From an uncultured bacterium (GTDB taxonomy: Bacteria > Patescibacteriota > Minisyncoccia > UBA6257 > 2-01-FULL-56-20), in assembly GCA_963705915.1 (NCBI GenBank), contig OY970126.1:10035-74034 (forward strand): a stretch of 64,000 nucleotides of DNA. Reading direction: 5' to 3'. This document shows positions 38,271-47,797 of this stretch, one piece after another; within the stretch, counting starts at the first letter, position 1; each line of letters opens with the position of its first letter. The notes under the pieces were generated by a model that worked only from the letters and a program-made list of their open reading frames with translations, ran no database searches and had not been told where the DNA came from. The translations under genes and the position numbers were made by a program.

Positions 38271-39671
38271 TCACGCATCATTCACGCCTTGACGTTGCCA
38301 TCGTTGCCACGTAGCTTCGCGCCGCGTGACGACGGCCCAGAGTGATTTGAGCATCGCATTGTGTTCAACGTACGTTGATATATAGAAGAGAAGCCAGCCG
38401 ATCGGCGCCGCGAGAATGAACGAAGCTTTGCGCGCCTCTTCGCGCTCGCTGAAGAGCTGTACGATGAATATCGAACCAACAACAATCATGCCCGATAAAA
38501 ATATGGAGAAGTTGTTGGTCCAGAAAGAATAGAAATAGAGGAAGATGATAAAGAAGACTTCAACGGCCAGCTGCACGTCGCCAAAAATGGCGACGGGGAA
38601 AATCACCCAGCTCACCAGTTTGTTCATTGTCCCTTCGTTTGAAAAAAATAATGAGCGGTATTTCCAGAATGTCTGCACGCGGCCTTGTCGCCAGCGGGTT
38701 CGCTGGTTCATGAGGCCGCGGATGTCGCTGGCCCCCTCGGTGTAGACGATGGCGTCGGACGCATACACAATTTTCATACCGGCCATTTGGATGCGGATCG
38801 TGAGTTCGAAGTCTTCGGTGATCACATCGGTCGTGTAGCCGCCGAGCTCTTCGAACACTTCGCGGCGGAAGGCTCCTGCTGCGCCTCCGATAATGTAGAT
38901 GGTATTGAAGAGTGAATCGGCTTTCTTGCAGTAGAAGGAGAACATATATTCGAGGTGCTGGATCGTTCCGACGAGCGTGCGGGTGTTGCCGATCTTCACG
39001 TTGCCGACCGCGGCCATCACATTCGGATCGGCAAACCATTGCACAAAATTTTCAATGGCTGTCGGGGCGACATAGCAGTCGGCATCGATCGATATGATGA
39101 TTTCGCCGGACGACAAGCCGACTCCTGCGTTGAGCGCCCGGGCTTTGCCGCCGTTTTCTTTATATTTATAGACGATGGATTTTCCCGGATGAAGATTGGC
39201 TTCATTTTTATATTCTTTCAAGAACTGGCGTATAATGTTGTCTGATTCGTCGGTCGAGCCGTCGTTTACGATCACGACTTCGATGGACTCGTAGGTGTTC
39301 TCAAGCACCGAGCGGATCGTTGCGAGGATACCGACCGCTTCGTTCCAGCAAGGGATAATAACCGACACATTCGGGCGGTAGTTCGCAATGACATCGCGAA
39401 GCTTGCTCTCGCGCCTGGCCTTCACGATGTCGTACACCGGTGAGAGCATCATGTACACAAAATATTTCACGAGAAGAACCGTGGCGAAGATGGCGATCAC
39501 AAAACGTACCGTCGGGAACGTGGTGTGGTCGTTGCTATGCAAAAAGAACGTCGAGGCAATGATGCCGAGCGTGACGATATACAAAAAAATGTAAACCGCT
39601 ATTTTGACCCCGTTGTGCTTTTTTTCTTTGTATGGTTCCATCGGCCATGGTTTTAATGGTTGATACACCAA
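38271..39671 (-). CDS. Processive-type GT2 (PgaC/IcaA-like)
   Basis: NDGSTD, NGGKA.ALN, DAD, TED, QRTRW; N- and C-terminal TMs. Confidence 0.92.
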   Translation of the reverse strand: MVYQPLKPWPMEPYKEKKHNGVKIAVYIFLYIVTLGIIASTFFLHSNDHTTFPTVRFVIAIFATVLLVKYFVYMMLSPVYDIVKARRESKLRDVIANYRPNVSVIIPCWNEAVGILATIRSVLENTYESIEVVIVNDGSTDESDNIIRQFLKEYKNEANLHPGKSIVYKYKENGGKARALNAGVGLSSGEIIISIDADCYVAPTAIENFVQWFADPNVMAAVGNVKIGNTRTLVGTIQHLEYMFSFYCKKADSLFNTIYIIGGAAGAFRREVFEELGGYTTDVITEDFELTIRIQMAGMKIVYASDAIVYTEGASDIRGLMNQRTRWRQGRVQTFWKYRSLFFSNEGTMNKLVSWVIFPVAIFGDVQLAVEVFFIIFLYFYSFWTNNFSIFLSGMIVVGSIFIVQLFSEREEARKASFILAAPIGWLLFYISTYVEHNAMLKSLWAVVTRREATWQRWQRQGVNDA

Positions 39672-39922
39672 AGCGCATATCGTCCGGTGATATTCGACGC
39701 GGCGATGCAGGCGAGGAAAAGAGTGACCACCTTATACGACGCGTTGAATGGCGTGACGATGAGATACCATACGGTGGCGATCATGCCGAGGCAGAATACA
39801 ATAAACCCAATGGTGAGCGCCACGTGTTTTGCGACGAGTATCGCATACGCTCCGCGCGCCGCTGCCGGCTTTTCTGCCGGACGCGTGCGGGGAGCGTATA
39901 CAACACGAGGTTGTTCGAGCAT
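39653..39922 (-). CDS. Small 2-TM protein (PgaD/IcaD-like position)
   Basis: Two TM helices overlapping the GT2 start. Confidence 0.55.
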   Translation of the reverse strand: MLEQPRVVYAPRTRPAEKPAAARGAYAILVAKHVALTIGFIVFCLGMIATVWYLIVTPFNASYKVVTLFLACIAASNITGRYALWCINH

Positions 39923-40040
39923 GTCAGTTTTCACTTTGGATCATACGAGGAGGTCACCCGCATTCGTTACGTTTGATTTGTAACGGATGCCGTCATCGGC
40001 CCGTAGGTCTCGCCGTAAAAAAATCCCGGTCTGAACCGGG

Positions 40041-40118
40041 CTAAAACTTCTTCGAAATTTTATAGAGAATGATCGCGCCGACCACCATGCCGGCTACGAA
40101 GGTGAGGAGATAACCCAT
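40041..40118 (-). CDS. 25-aa single-TM small protein
   Basis: MGYLLTFVAGMVVGAIILYKISKKF. Confidence 0.5.
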   Translation of the reverse strand: MGYLLTFVAGMVVGAIILYKISKKF

Positions 40119-40125
40119 ATGCTTA

Positions 40126-40536
40126 TCATTTCGATTTTTTCCGCCAGGTGTGTCCGCGCCAAATATCGTAAATATGGGTTGCAGAAACTTTGAATCGCAC
40201 AGCGAGCTCGCGGGCGGTGAGTCGGGGGTTGTCCTCTTTGAGCTTTCTGATAATCTCGACTTCTTGTGGGGTAAGGCGTGATGCGAGGCGGGCGTAGCGG
40301 CGGCGGTCTTCTGCGGTGCCCGTGCCGGCGGAAGACGCTTCAGATGGCCGCCAGGAAAGGCCATTTAAAATATTGCGCATATGGCTGATCGAAACCCCGA
40401 ACCGTTCTGCGAGCTCATGGGGCGTGATCGACGGGTCTTCTTTTTTTATCTTTCTGATAGCCGCGACTTCGTGTTCGTTGAGGCGCGAGGGGATCCGCGG
40501 GAATCGCCTGCGTTCATTGATGTGGTTATCGTCCAT
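40126..40536 (-). CDS. Tandem helix-turn-helix DNA-binding protein
   Basis: Two repeats: SRL..EV..IRK.K...P..T..ELA.RF.VS..H...I..G..WR. Confidence 0.8.
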   Translation of the reverse strand: MDDNHINERRRFPRIPSRLNEHEVAAIRKIKKEDPSITPHELAERFGVSISHMRNILNGLSWRPSEASSAGTGTAEDRRRYARLASRLTPQEVEIIRKLKEDNPRLTARELAVRFKVSATHIYDIWRGHTWRKKSK

Positions 40537-40646
40537 AACAATGATTGTAAAATATTTTTACGCATATGTACAAGTGAATACGGAAATTCAGATCTGAATT
40601 CTACGAACATTGAATGCCCTTCACAACGTGTGCTAGCATTGAACGG

Positions 40647-41189
40647 ATGCAAGGACAGCCGACCATCAGAGGTATTTTTTTGAAGAGTCATATCCGCGCG
40701 GTCGAGCGTGCGAAGGGCAAGCAGGGGCTTGATCAACTTGAGGCTTGCTTCGGAAAGTCGATCGCTTTCAAAAATTCCGACAACGTTCCGATCCGGGATG
40801 AGGTGGCGCTTCTCGAATGTGCCTTGCGCATTATGGGCGACGAATCAATTCCGCCGGATCGCATTGCATACGAAGCCGGCCGCCTGCATTTTGAAAACTT
40901 CGCGACGACGCCGCTCGGCAAAATCACGCTGCCTTTTTTCAAACATAACTACAAAATGATTATGCTCAACGCGCGGTATCTCGGCGTGCACGTGTTCCAT
41001 GGCGTGAAGTTTGCGAGCGAAGAACTTGGTCCATCAGCCGTCTATCTCGTGATGAGCAACGCCGATTATCCCATCGAACACTTTCAGGGCCTCCTCCAGG
41101 CATGGATGGAATATTGCGAGCTCAAGGGTTCCGTCACGGCAAAAAAGATCGAAGAACATGTACACGCTTATACTATCGAATGGCAATAG
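40647..41189 (+). CDS. DUF2378 (TIGR02265)-like V4R-related sensor protein
   Basis: TIRGIF, AGR....F..T.LGK, FQGLL, Y.IEW pattern; TAGCAT -10 upstream of ATG 40647. Confidence 0.65.
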   Translation: MQGQPTIRGIFLKSHIRAVERAKGKQGLDQLEACFGKSIAFKNSDNVPIRDEVALLECALRIMGDESIPPDRIAYEAGRLHFENFATTPLGKITLPFFKHNYKMIMLNARYLGVHVFHGVKFASEELGPSAVYLVMSNADYPIEHFQGLLQAWMEYCELKGSVTAKKIEEHVHAYTIEWQ

Positions 41190-42724
41190 ACCCACTTGAA
41201 GAATATAAAAAAAAGGTGAAAAACCGGCTCGCGTCGTTCGGGAGTATCTTTGCCAAAGCTTCGATCGGCGATTATTCGGAAGATGCCGTGATCCCGGAAG
41301 ACGAGAGCGACGAGTTTTCGGAACTCGCGGCTGGCATTCAGGTGATGATCGAGGTGATCCGCGAGCGTATCGAGGAACTCGAGGCCGAAATTGCGGATCG
41401 CAAAATTATCGAAGAGCGCATCCGGCACCAGGCGCTCCACGATCCGTTGACTGGCTTGCCGAACCGGAAACTGTTCGAAGAGCGGCTCGCGGTGGTGTTC
41501 CCGGAAGCGTTCCGGGAAAATAAAAAGATGGCGGTTTTATATTTCGATATCGATCGCTTTAAACAGGTGAACGATGTATATGGTCATGAAGTCGGCGATT
41601 TACTCCTCAAAGAATTCACCGCGCGCGTCCGCGACTGCCTTCCGAAAGAAAATGTTTTTGCCCGTATAGGCGGCGATGAATTCGTGGCCGTACTTACCGA
41701 CGTGAAAGAGCGCAACGAGGTGATGAAGATCTTGAAGAAAATCGTTGAAGTGCTCGAGTCGTCGATGCCGATCGAATCAAAAACCATTTTTCTTTCCACG
41801 AGTATCGGCGTCGCCATGTTTCCGCGCGACGGTCGCGACCTTCGCTCGCTCCTCGCAAATTCCGATGTTGCGCTTTCGCATGCAAAGCAGGGTGGGCGCA
41901 ACCATTATCGTTTCTACCGCTCAGTCATGAACAAAGAGGCGTCGGCGCGCCTCGCGATCGTGCAGGAACTCCGCCAGGCGGTGATTGCAAATCAGATGGA
42001 GGCGTTTTACCAGCCAGTCATCAATTTGAAAACCAACCGTATCATGAACGCTGAGGCGCTGCTCCGATGGCGCCATCCTGAACGCGGCATTATTGCAGCC
42101 GCCGATTTCATTCCGCTTGCCTATGACCACGGCATCATGCGCGTGCTCGGCGAGGCCGTGCTCACGTCGGTTTTTCAGGATCAACGTATGTGGCAGCGCC
42201 GGGGGATGCCGCGGATTCGCGTGGCAGTGAATCTTTCTTCGCGCGAATTCACCGATCGCGGTTTTGTGGAAAAACTCAAGCGTATGCTCACCGAATATGA
42301 AATTTCGCCGACGCTCCTCGAGTTCGAAATCGTGGAAAGCCTTGCGATGGAAAACATAAGTCTTGCCAAGGAGCGATTCAAAACGTTCCACAAGCTTGGC
42401 ATTACGATTACGATCGACGACTTCGGCATCGGATATTCCTCATTGAGTTATTTAAAGGGCCTGCCTGTCGACAAATTAAAAATCGACCAGTCATTTATAC
42501 GGAATAGCGTGAAGAGCCGCGAGGATCGCGCCATCATCCAAACGATCATTACGCTCGGCCACAATTTAAATTTGAAAGTGATCGCCGAAGGGGTTGAGAC
42601 AAAGGAGCAGCTCAAGCTATTGCAGGAAATGGGCTGTGACGGCGTGCAAGGGTTCCGCGTCGCGCGGCCGATGTCGTCCGAAGCGCTTGTGCATTGGATT
42701 TCCAAGACCGAACCGATCGTGTAG
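41180..42724 (+). CDS. Diguanylate cyclase/phosphodiesterase (GGDEF-EAL)
   Basis: HDPLTGLPNR, RIGGDEF, EALLRW, DDFGIGYSS, EGVE. Confidence 0.96.
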   Translation: MAIDPLEEYKKKVKNRLASFGSIFAKASIGDYSEDAVIPEDESDEFSELAAGIQVMIEVIRERIEELEAEIADRKIIEERIRHQALHDPLTGLPNRKLFEERLAVVFPEAFRENKKMAVLYFDIDRFKQVNDVYGHEVGDLLLKEFTARVRDCLPKENVFARIGGDEFVAVLTDVKERNEVMKILKKIVEVLESSMPIESKTIFLSTSIGVAMFPRDGRDLRSLLANSDVALSHAKQGGRNHYRFYRSVMNKEASARLAIVQELRQAVIANQMEAFYQPVINLKTNRIMNAEALLRWRHPERGIIAAADFIPLAYDHGIMRVLGEAVLTSVFQDQRMWQRRGMPRIRVAVNLSSREFTDRGFVEKLKRMLTEYEISPTLLEFEIVESLAMENISLAKERFKTFHKLGITITIDDFGIGYSSLSYLKGLPVDKLKIDQSFIRNSVKSREDRAIIQTIITLGHNLNLKVIAEGVETKEQLKLLQEMGCDGVQGFRVARPMSSEALVHWISKTEPIV

Positions 42725-42816
42725 TAAAGAGCGCGGCCGGGCGGGCTTTACTTTTTTGGGGAAATGATGTATTATGGGTGCGTCCTTTACCATCATAAAA
42801 AAGAGGAGGCAACCAC

Positions 42817-43515
42817 GTGGCAACGTTACCAGTTGAGCTTGCTTTTCGCGGATCCATCGACAAGATCGCAGAGAATACTGAGGGCTTGTACAAGGGGAGT
42901 CTTGAACATTACGTAGCGGCGGTTTTCAACGACGCGAATAACGTCGACCATCCGTACCACAACTTCTGTCACATGGGGTTCATGTTGTGGCGGTGTCACG
43001 ACGCGTGCCGCTTCTATCAAAAGGTACTTTCAAGGGTCCAGATGCGGAACGTGCTCATCGCAGCTGTCATGCACGATTACGACCACACCGGTACCGCTGG
43101 CCCCGATTCCAGGAATATCCGAAGGGCACATGTGGGACTCGGCACCTGCATTCTTCCTGAGGATTTGGATTCATATGACGATATCACGGGCATCATCGAT
43201 GCCAGCGAATATCCTTACCGGGTGGATTCTCCACCTTCGCACGAACTCCCACTCACGTCGCAGATCATCCGCGACGCCGACCTAACCCAGGTGTTCAGTT
43301 CGACCTGGATCCAACAAGTCCCGTTCGGGCTGGCCAAGGAATGGGGGAAGCGTCCGATCGAAGTGCTGCGGATGCAGATACCTTTTTTGCAGAACCTCCG
43401 CTTTGTCACCGAATGGGCGCGTACGTTGTTCCCGCCGAGCGTCATCGATGAGAAGATCGGAGAAGTGCGAGGCCTCCTCCGAGTTGTAGACAGGGAAGCA
43501 AAGACTTCTCGGTAG
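42817..43515 (+). CDS. HD-superfamily phosphohydrolase, class I PDE-like
   Basis: PYHNFCH, HDYDHTG, IIRDADL; GAGGAGG RBS. Confidence 0.75.
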   Translation: MATLPVELAFRGSIDKIAENTEGLYKGSLEHYVAAVFNDANNVDHPYHNFCHMGFMLWRCHDACRFYQKVLSRVQMRNVLIAAVMHDYDHTGTAGPDSRNIRRAHVGLGTCILPEDLDSYDDITGIIDASEYPYRVDSPPSHELPLTSQIIRDADLTQVFSSTWIQQVPFGLAKEWGKRPIEVLRMQIPFLQNLRFVTEWARTLFPPSVIDEKIGEVRGLLRVVDREAKTSR

Positions 43516-43582
43516 TCGCCACGGCAAAGCCGGTTCATCGAACCGGTTTTTTCTTTTATATCTGGTACGACAAACCGGACGT

Positions 43583-43897
43583 CTAGCTCTTGATGTCTCC
43601 GCTCGCGCGGCCAATATGCACAACGTTCAGTTTTTGGTTGGGAAGCGGATTGATAAATTGTTTCTCCTGTGCGAATCGCAATGTTCCGCTATTGTCGAGA
43701 CGATAGGAAAGCGTGACTTTTGCTCCGTCTTTCTTTTTGAAGACGAGCTTGGAGATTCCATTAAGGATTGGCGTCTTGCTGATGTAGCTCATGATGCCGT
43801 CTTCCTTCTCTCGGACGAGCCGTTTTATTTCAAAATCAAGTTTTTGATTAAGTCCGTCTAAGGTGACGGGAATATAGCGAGGGTGAGGTTTCCGCAT
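43583..43897 (-). CDS. Hypothetical basic protein
   Basis: ORF with TATACT -10 box just upstream. Confidence 0.55.
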   Translation of the reverse strand: MRKPHPRYIPVTLDGLNQKLDFEIKRLVREKEDGIMSYISKTPILNGISKLVFKKKDGAKVTLSYRLDNSGTLRFAQEKQFINPLPNQKLNVVHIGRASGDIKS

Positions 43898-44004
43898 TGG
43901 ACTCTCAGTATAGCATGTTTTCCAAAGTCGCGTATTCCGCCCGCGGTGACTGGACGACCTTCGATTCGCTGTAGTATGATGCAGGCAGATCTGAAAGGAG
44001 ATGA

Positions 44005-44244
44005 ATGACCGTGGATGCAGACGATTTACGCAGGTTTATTCCCAATAACGATCTTCGTTGTGTAAGCTGCGGGGCGGTGCTTAGGAAAACTTCTCGTGAT
44101 CCCTCTGGCCGGCTGTGCGGTCCGTGTCGACGGAAAGTGAATGAGTCTCCTCTGGTTGAAGATGTTACCAACCAAATGCCGACCTCCGAGGAGTCGATCG
44201 AGCAACTTGAAGTTCGCCTCCGGCTGGCAGGAATCGTTCAATAG
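44005..44244 (+). CDS. Small zinc-finger protein
   Basis: CVSC...CGPC; AAGGAG RBS. Confidence 0.6.
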   Translation: MTVDADDLRRFIPNNDLRCVSCGAVLRKTSRDPSGRLCGPCRRKVNESPLVEDVTNQMPTSEESIEQLEVRLRLAGIVQ

Positions 44245-44277
44245 AAAACTGGACAAGCGTCCAGTTTCTTTTTTTAT

Positions 44278-44982
44278 TTAGAGCGGCACGGCTGACCCTT
44301 GAGGCCAACAAGTTTTCGGCGGCGGTTCGTTGGCGGGGATTGGTCCGGCTATCGTGCACACGTCGCCCGCAGGGCAATCGCTATCGGTTTGGCAAATCTG
44401 CTTACCCTGGAAATAACCGAGCGAGGACGACGACGCGTCGAACGCGTGGAGGGGATTGCCTTGTATGATCGTTTCCACTTCTTGCCAACCATTTGGGTAG
44501 GCGTAATCATATCGCGGCGGCAGAGCGAAGACGTAGGTTGTATTTTCGCCGAGCTCCGAAGGTGGGAATGGCGCTGCGCTCACGGTGAGCGTTCCCGAAG
44601 TAACCGCGCTCCATTCGCTATGGGTGAATATCATGATCGGGATATCCTGCCATGGATTTGTTTGTGTCCACTGGGGATTCCGAATGAGGATCTCCGGGCC
44701 GGTCACCGTCGGACATCCGTTCGCCGGACATCCTTCGTTGCTGTTTCCGTTCCAGGTTGAGGTCACGATCGAATATCCCTGCCAATCGGTTGGCAAGGAG
44801 AACGTGAAACCGTAATCATTATTGGTGTACGTCACACTGCCGGCAGGCGTGGACGTGGATACTATTATATTGCCCGGTGGCTGCACGGGTTGGCCTGTCT
44901 TGTAATACCAAACGATACCGACCGCGATAGCAGCCGCAACGATGATGCCCACACCGAGCGAAAAAGAGATTTGCTTCTTCAT
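44278..44982 (-). CDS. Membrane-anchored exported protein with Cys-rich C-terminus
   Basis: TM, YTNNDYGFTFSLP..W motif common in CPR surface proteins, CQTDSDCP.G..C. Confidence 0.8.
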   Translation of the reverse strand: MKKQISFSLGVGIIVAAAIAVGIVWYYKTGQPVQPPGNIIVSTSTPAGSVTYTNNDYGFTFSLPTDWQGYSIVTSTWNGNSNEGCPANGCPTVTGPEILIRNPQWTQTNPWQDIPIMIFTHSEWSAVTSGTLTVSAAPFPPSELGENTTYVFALPPRYDYAYPNGWQEVETIIQGNPLHAFDASSSSLGYFQGKQICQTDSDCPAGDVCTIAGPIPANEPPPKTCWPQGSAVPL

Positions 44983-45054
44983 GGCTTAATTGTAGCACGG
45001 GGGAGCGCGGAAGATTTTTTGCGCATGCCGTCCGAGCGGACGGCACTCATTTTT

Positions 45055-45222
45055 TTACGAACGATGCATAAACCTCAAATAGAACGCTCCGAAGATCAAG
45101 ACGATGCCAATGTTCGCCATCAGCCGTTCCCAGACGTAATTTCTAAAGAATAGGATATCCGCGGCGACTATAACGAGGGCCATGAGCACAATGACGATGG
45201 TTAAAACGTAGGGTGAGTTCAT
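45055..45222 (-). CDS. 55-aa 2-TM small protein (absent from ORF track)
   Basis: MNSPYVLTIVIVLMALVIVAADILFFRNYVWERLMANIGIVLIFGAFYLRFMHRS. Confidence 0.65.
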   Translation of the reverse strand: MNSPYVLTIVIVLMALVIVAADILFFRNYVWERLMANIGIVLIFGAFYLRFMHRS

Positions 45223-45265
45223 TAAAGATACGTGTCGATATACTTGTGACGGCCTTTATATGATT

Positions 45266-46717
45266 TTACCACGCCTCGAGATCGAGTGTCTGGTCGATTT
45301 TGATCTGCTGTATAAAACTCGGCACGTGGCTCACGAGTACCATAGCACCTTCATATTTATCGAGCGCTTTTGCGATTACCGGGATATGGCGGAAGTTGAT
45401 GTGATTTGTCGGTTCGTCGAGAATGAGGAGCCCTGGTTTTTCGAGAGAGATCTTTGCAAAAGCTACTAGTCCTTTTTGGCCCTCCGAAAGCGCGCCGACT
45501 TTGGTTTGTAATAGCTCTGCATTGAGGAGGAATCCGGCGGCCGTTGAGCGGAGTTCTTGTTGCGTGCCGCCTTCCATGGCATCGCGGAGCGTGTCGTAAA
45601 CGGTTTTATCAAAATCGAGAGTCGAGAAGTCCTGCCGGTAATAGCTCACGCGAATGCCGGGCGCAATATGTTCGCCTTTGGCATGCCCCGTGGCAAGGGT
45701 TTCAAGGAGCGTGGTTTTTCCAATGCCGTTCGGGCCGGCGAGAAGAAGCCGTTCTTTTTTCTTGAGCACTACCTTCACCTTTTTTATCGTCGGTTTGTGG
45801 TTTTTCATGATAGAGACCGAATCAAGCTCGAGGATCCGGCCGCTTATATCCGGTTGGCAGGGGATAAAGAAATTTCTGATCGTCTTATCTTCCTCGCGGG
45901 TTTCCACGATGTCGCCTTCGAGTTCTTGAATTTTTTCGTTCATTTTGCGGGCAACGTCACGCATGTGCCCTCCTTTCTGTGCAAAGAAATTTGCCTGGTC
46001 TTTGCGGTGCTGGATATCTTTTTCGAGCCGCACGTTTTTCATGCGTTCGCGCTCTAATCGTTTTTTAATCTCTTCGACCACGTTAAAATAATCCCCGGTA
46101 TATTGTTCAACGGTCTTCGTGAAAATATCGAGATAGAGCACGCCTTGGGTGAACGAGTTCAGGAAATCTGCGTCGTGGGAGATCACGATGCAGGTTTTTG
46201 GATAGGCCTTTAAAAACTCCGTGAGGTGCGCAATGCCCTGCTTGTCGAGATTGTTTGTCGGTTCATCGAGGAGAAGGATATCGGGGTTTTGGATTATGGC
46301 TTGAGCGAGAAGCAGTCGCGCCTGTTGGCCGCCTGAGAACGAGCGCAGGGGCTTATCAAGCGGAGCCTTGAGGTGCACAACGTCCAGAATATTTTTTATG
46401 CGCGGTTCGATGTCGTATATTTTTTTGGAAAATGCTTTTGCAAAGAATTCCTGTACGGTGAGATCCATCTGGTCGCGAGGGATAACTTGGCGGCTGATGG
46501 CCATCGTGAGGCCGCGCTCGATGTGAATGGCGCCTTCTTCGGGTTTGAAGTCGCCCACGATCAATTTGAATATCGTCGTCTTGCCTGCGCCGTTCTGACC
46601 CATGAGCGTCACCTTCGAACCTTCGCGCAAAGAAAAATTCGCTTCGCGAAGAATAGGCGTGCGCCCATATTCAAAGGAAACCTTATCAAATCGCACAATA
46701 ACCTTATTGCTCAGCAT
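45266..46717 (-). CDS. ABC-F family ATPase
   Basis: Two ABC domains (GQNGAGKT, SGGQ, DEPTN; GPNGIGKT, SEGQ, DEPTN), no TM. Confidence 0.92.
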   Translation of the reverse strand: MLSNKVIVRFDKVSFEYGRTPILREANFSLREGSKVTLMGQNGAGKTTIFKLIVGDFKPEEGAIHIERGLTMAISRQVIPRDQMDLTVQEFFAKAFSKKIYDIEPRIKNILDVVHLKAPLDKPLRSFSGGQQARLLLAQAIIQNPDILLLDEPTNNLDKQGIAHLTEFLKAYPKTCIVISHDADFLNSFTQGVLYLDIFTKTVEQYTGDYFNVVEEIKKRLERERMKNVRLEKDIQHRKDQANFFAQKGGHMRDVARKMNEKIQELEGDIVETREEDKTIRNFFIPCQPDISGRILELDSVSIMKNHKPTIKKVKVVLKKKERLLLAGPNGIGKTTLLETLATGHAKGEHIAPGIRVSYYRQDFSTLDFDKTVYDTLRDAMEGGTQQELRSTAAGFLLNAELLQTKVGALSEGQKGLVAFAKISLEKPGLLILDEPTNHINFRHIPVIAKALDKYEGAMVLVSHVPSFIQQIKIDQTLDLEAW

Positions 46718-46790
46718 GTCGCCTAGTATACCAAAAAAAGGCATGCGGTGTGGGCGCGTGCCTTTTTTGATAACGACGTGGCGGCAGATC

Positions 46791-46907
46791 CTATTTGCGT
46801 CTCTTGCTCTTCTTCGCCTCTAACATAAGCCGCTTTATCTCCAACCGCTTTTTGGTTTTCTTCGAACTCGATTTTTGTCTATTTATCCAATGTCCTCTTT
46901 TTGCCAT
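46791..46907 (-). CDS. 38-aa highly basic small protein (absent from ORF track)
   Basis: MAKRGHWINRQKSSSKKTKKRLEIKRLMLEAKKSKRRK; terminator follows at 46735-46768. Confidence 0.55.
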   Translation of the reverse strand: MAKRGHWINRQKSSSKKTKKRLEIKRLMLEAKKSKRRK

Positions 46908-46931
46908 GGGAAGTGTTTTTTATTATTTTTA

Positions 46932-47789
46932 TTACGAAACAACTATAGAGGTATTTTTTCTTTTAGTCAAAATAGGCAATAGGAATAGCACCAAAAGTGG
47001 TACGGAGTTCGGATCGGTCGCCGTGCCGAAAGGAAACGATAGCATGCCGCCAAAATTCTGACCGATCCACCAGACGACAGCCAGGAAGCCGATGAGTATC
47101 CACGCCAGTTTTTTATGCGGATAGAATGTTAACAATATGCCGAGAAGGAATGCTATAAGAAAAGCAATTATGTTGCCGAGCACACCCCCAGCAATACTAA
47201 GGGAGCCAAGCCAGTTCGATGCCGCGGGGACACTCGCAAGCATTGAAAGCATGGTTGGTTGTGAGAACATGGGAGAGAAGTTCAGCATGGCTGTGCCGAA
47301 GAGAATCACACCGGCGGCAATGGGCAGGTAGTTGATGGACGACGGTTTTTTCTCTGCATGCAGCAAGAATACCGCGAGGATCAGATAAAGAAGCGCTGCA
47401 CCGGGGGCGCCTGTATACAATGTCGCTGATCCCGTGAATAGATTGCCGAGACCCTCGCCAAAGATCCAAACGATGAGTGCCCATGCGATCGAAAGCCACA
47501 ATCCGACGTTACGAAACTCCTTGCGGAATGGAATTATGAGGAGAACACCGATGAATAATTGGATAAGGGCTGCTATGAGATTCGCCCAAACTATATTGCT
47601 GCTGAAAACGCGGATGCCAAAAGCAATGATCGCACTGATGATATACGGTTGATTTTGCATATTGGGAGCAAGAACCGTATTCACAAAAGTGCTCGTAAAC
47701 ATCGCAGGTTGAAATTGCAGGATGCCATCCAAGACCCAAAGGGCGCCGAGGATGACGGAAATTACTCGCGCAATCTTGCTATCGCTCAT
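46932..47789 (-). CDS. Polytopic membrane protein
   Basis: LW.LDG.LQFQP, W.FGEG.G, G.ATDPNS motifs; about 8 TM. Confidence 0.8.
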   Translation of the reverse strand: MSDSKIARVISVILGALWVLDGILQFQPAMFTSTFVNTVLAPNMQNQPYIISAIIAFGIRVFSSNIVWANLIAALIQLFIGVLLIIPFRKEFRNVGLWLSIAWALIVWIFGEGLGNLFTGSATLYTGAPGAALLYLILAVFLLHAEKKPSSINYLPIAAGVILFGTAMLNFSPMFSQPTMLSMLASVPAASNWLGSLSIAGGVLGNIIAFLIAFLLGILLTFYPHKKLAWILIGFLAVVWWIGQNFGGMLSFPFGTATDPNSVPLLVLFLLPILTKRKNTSIVVS

Positions 47790-47797
47790 AGCAGCGA

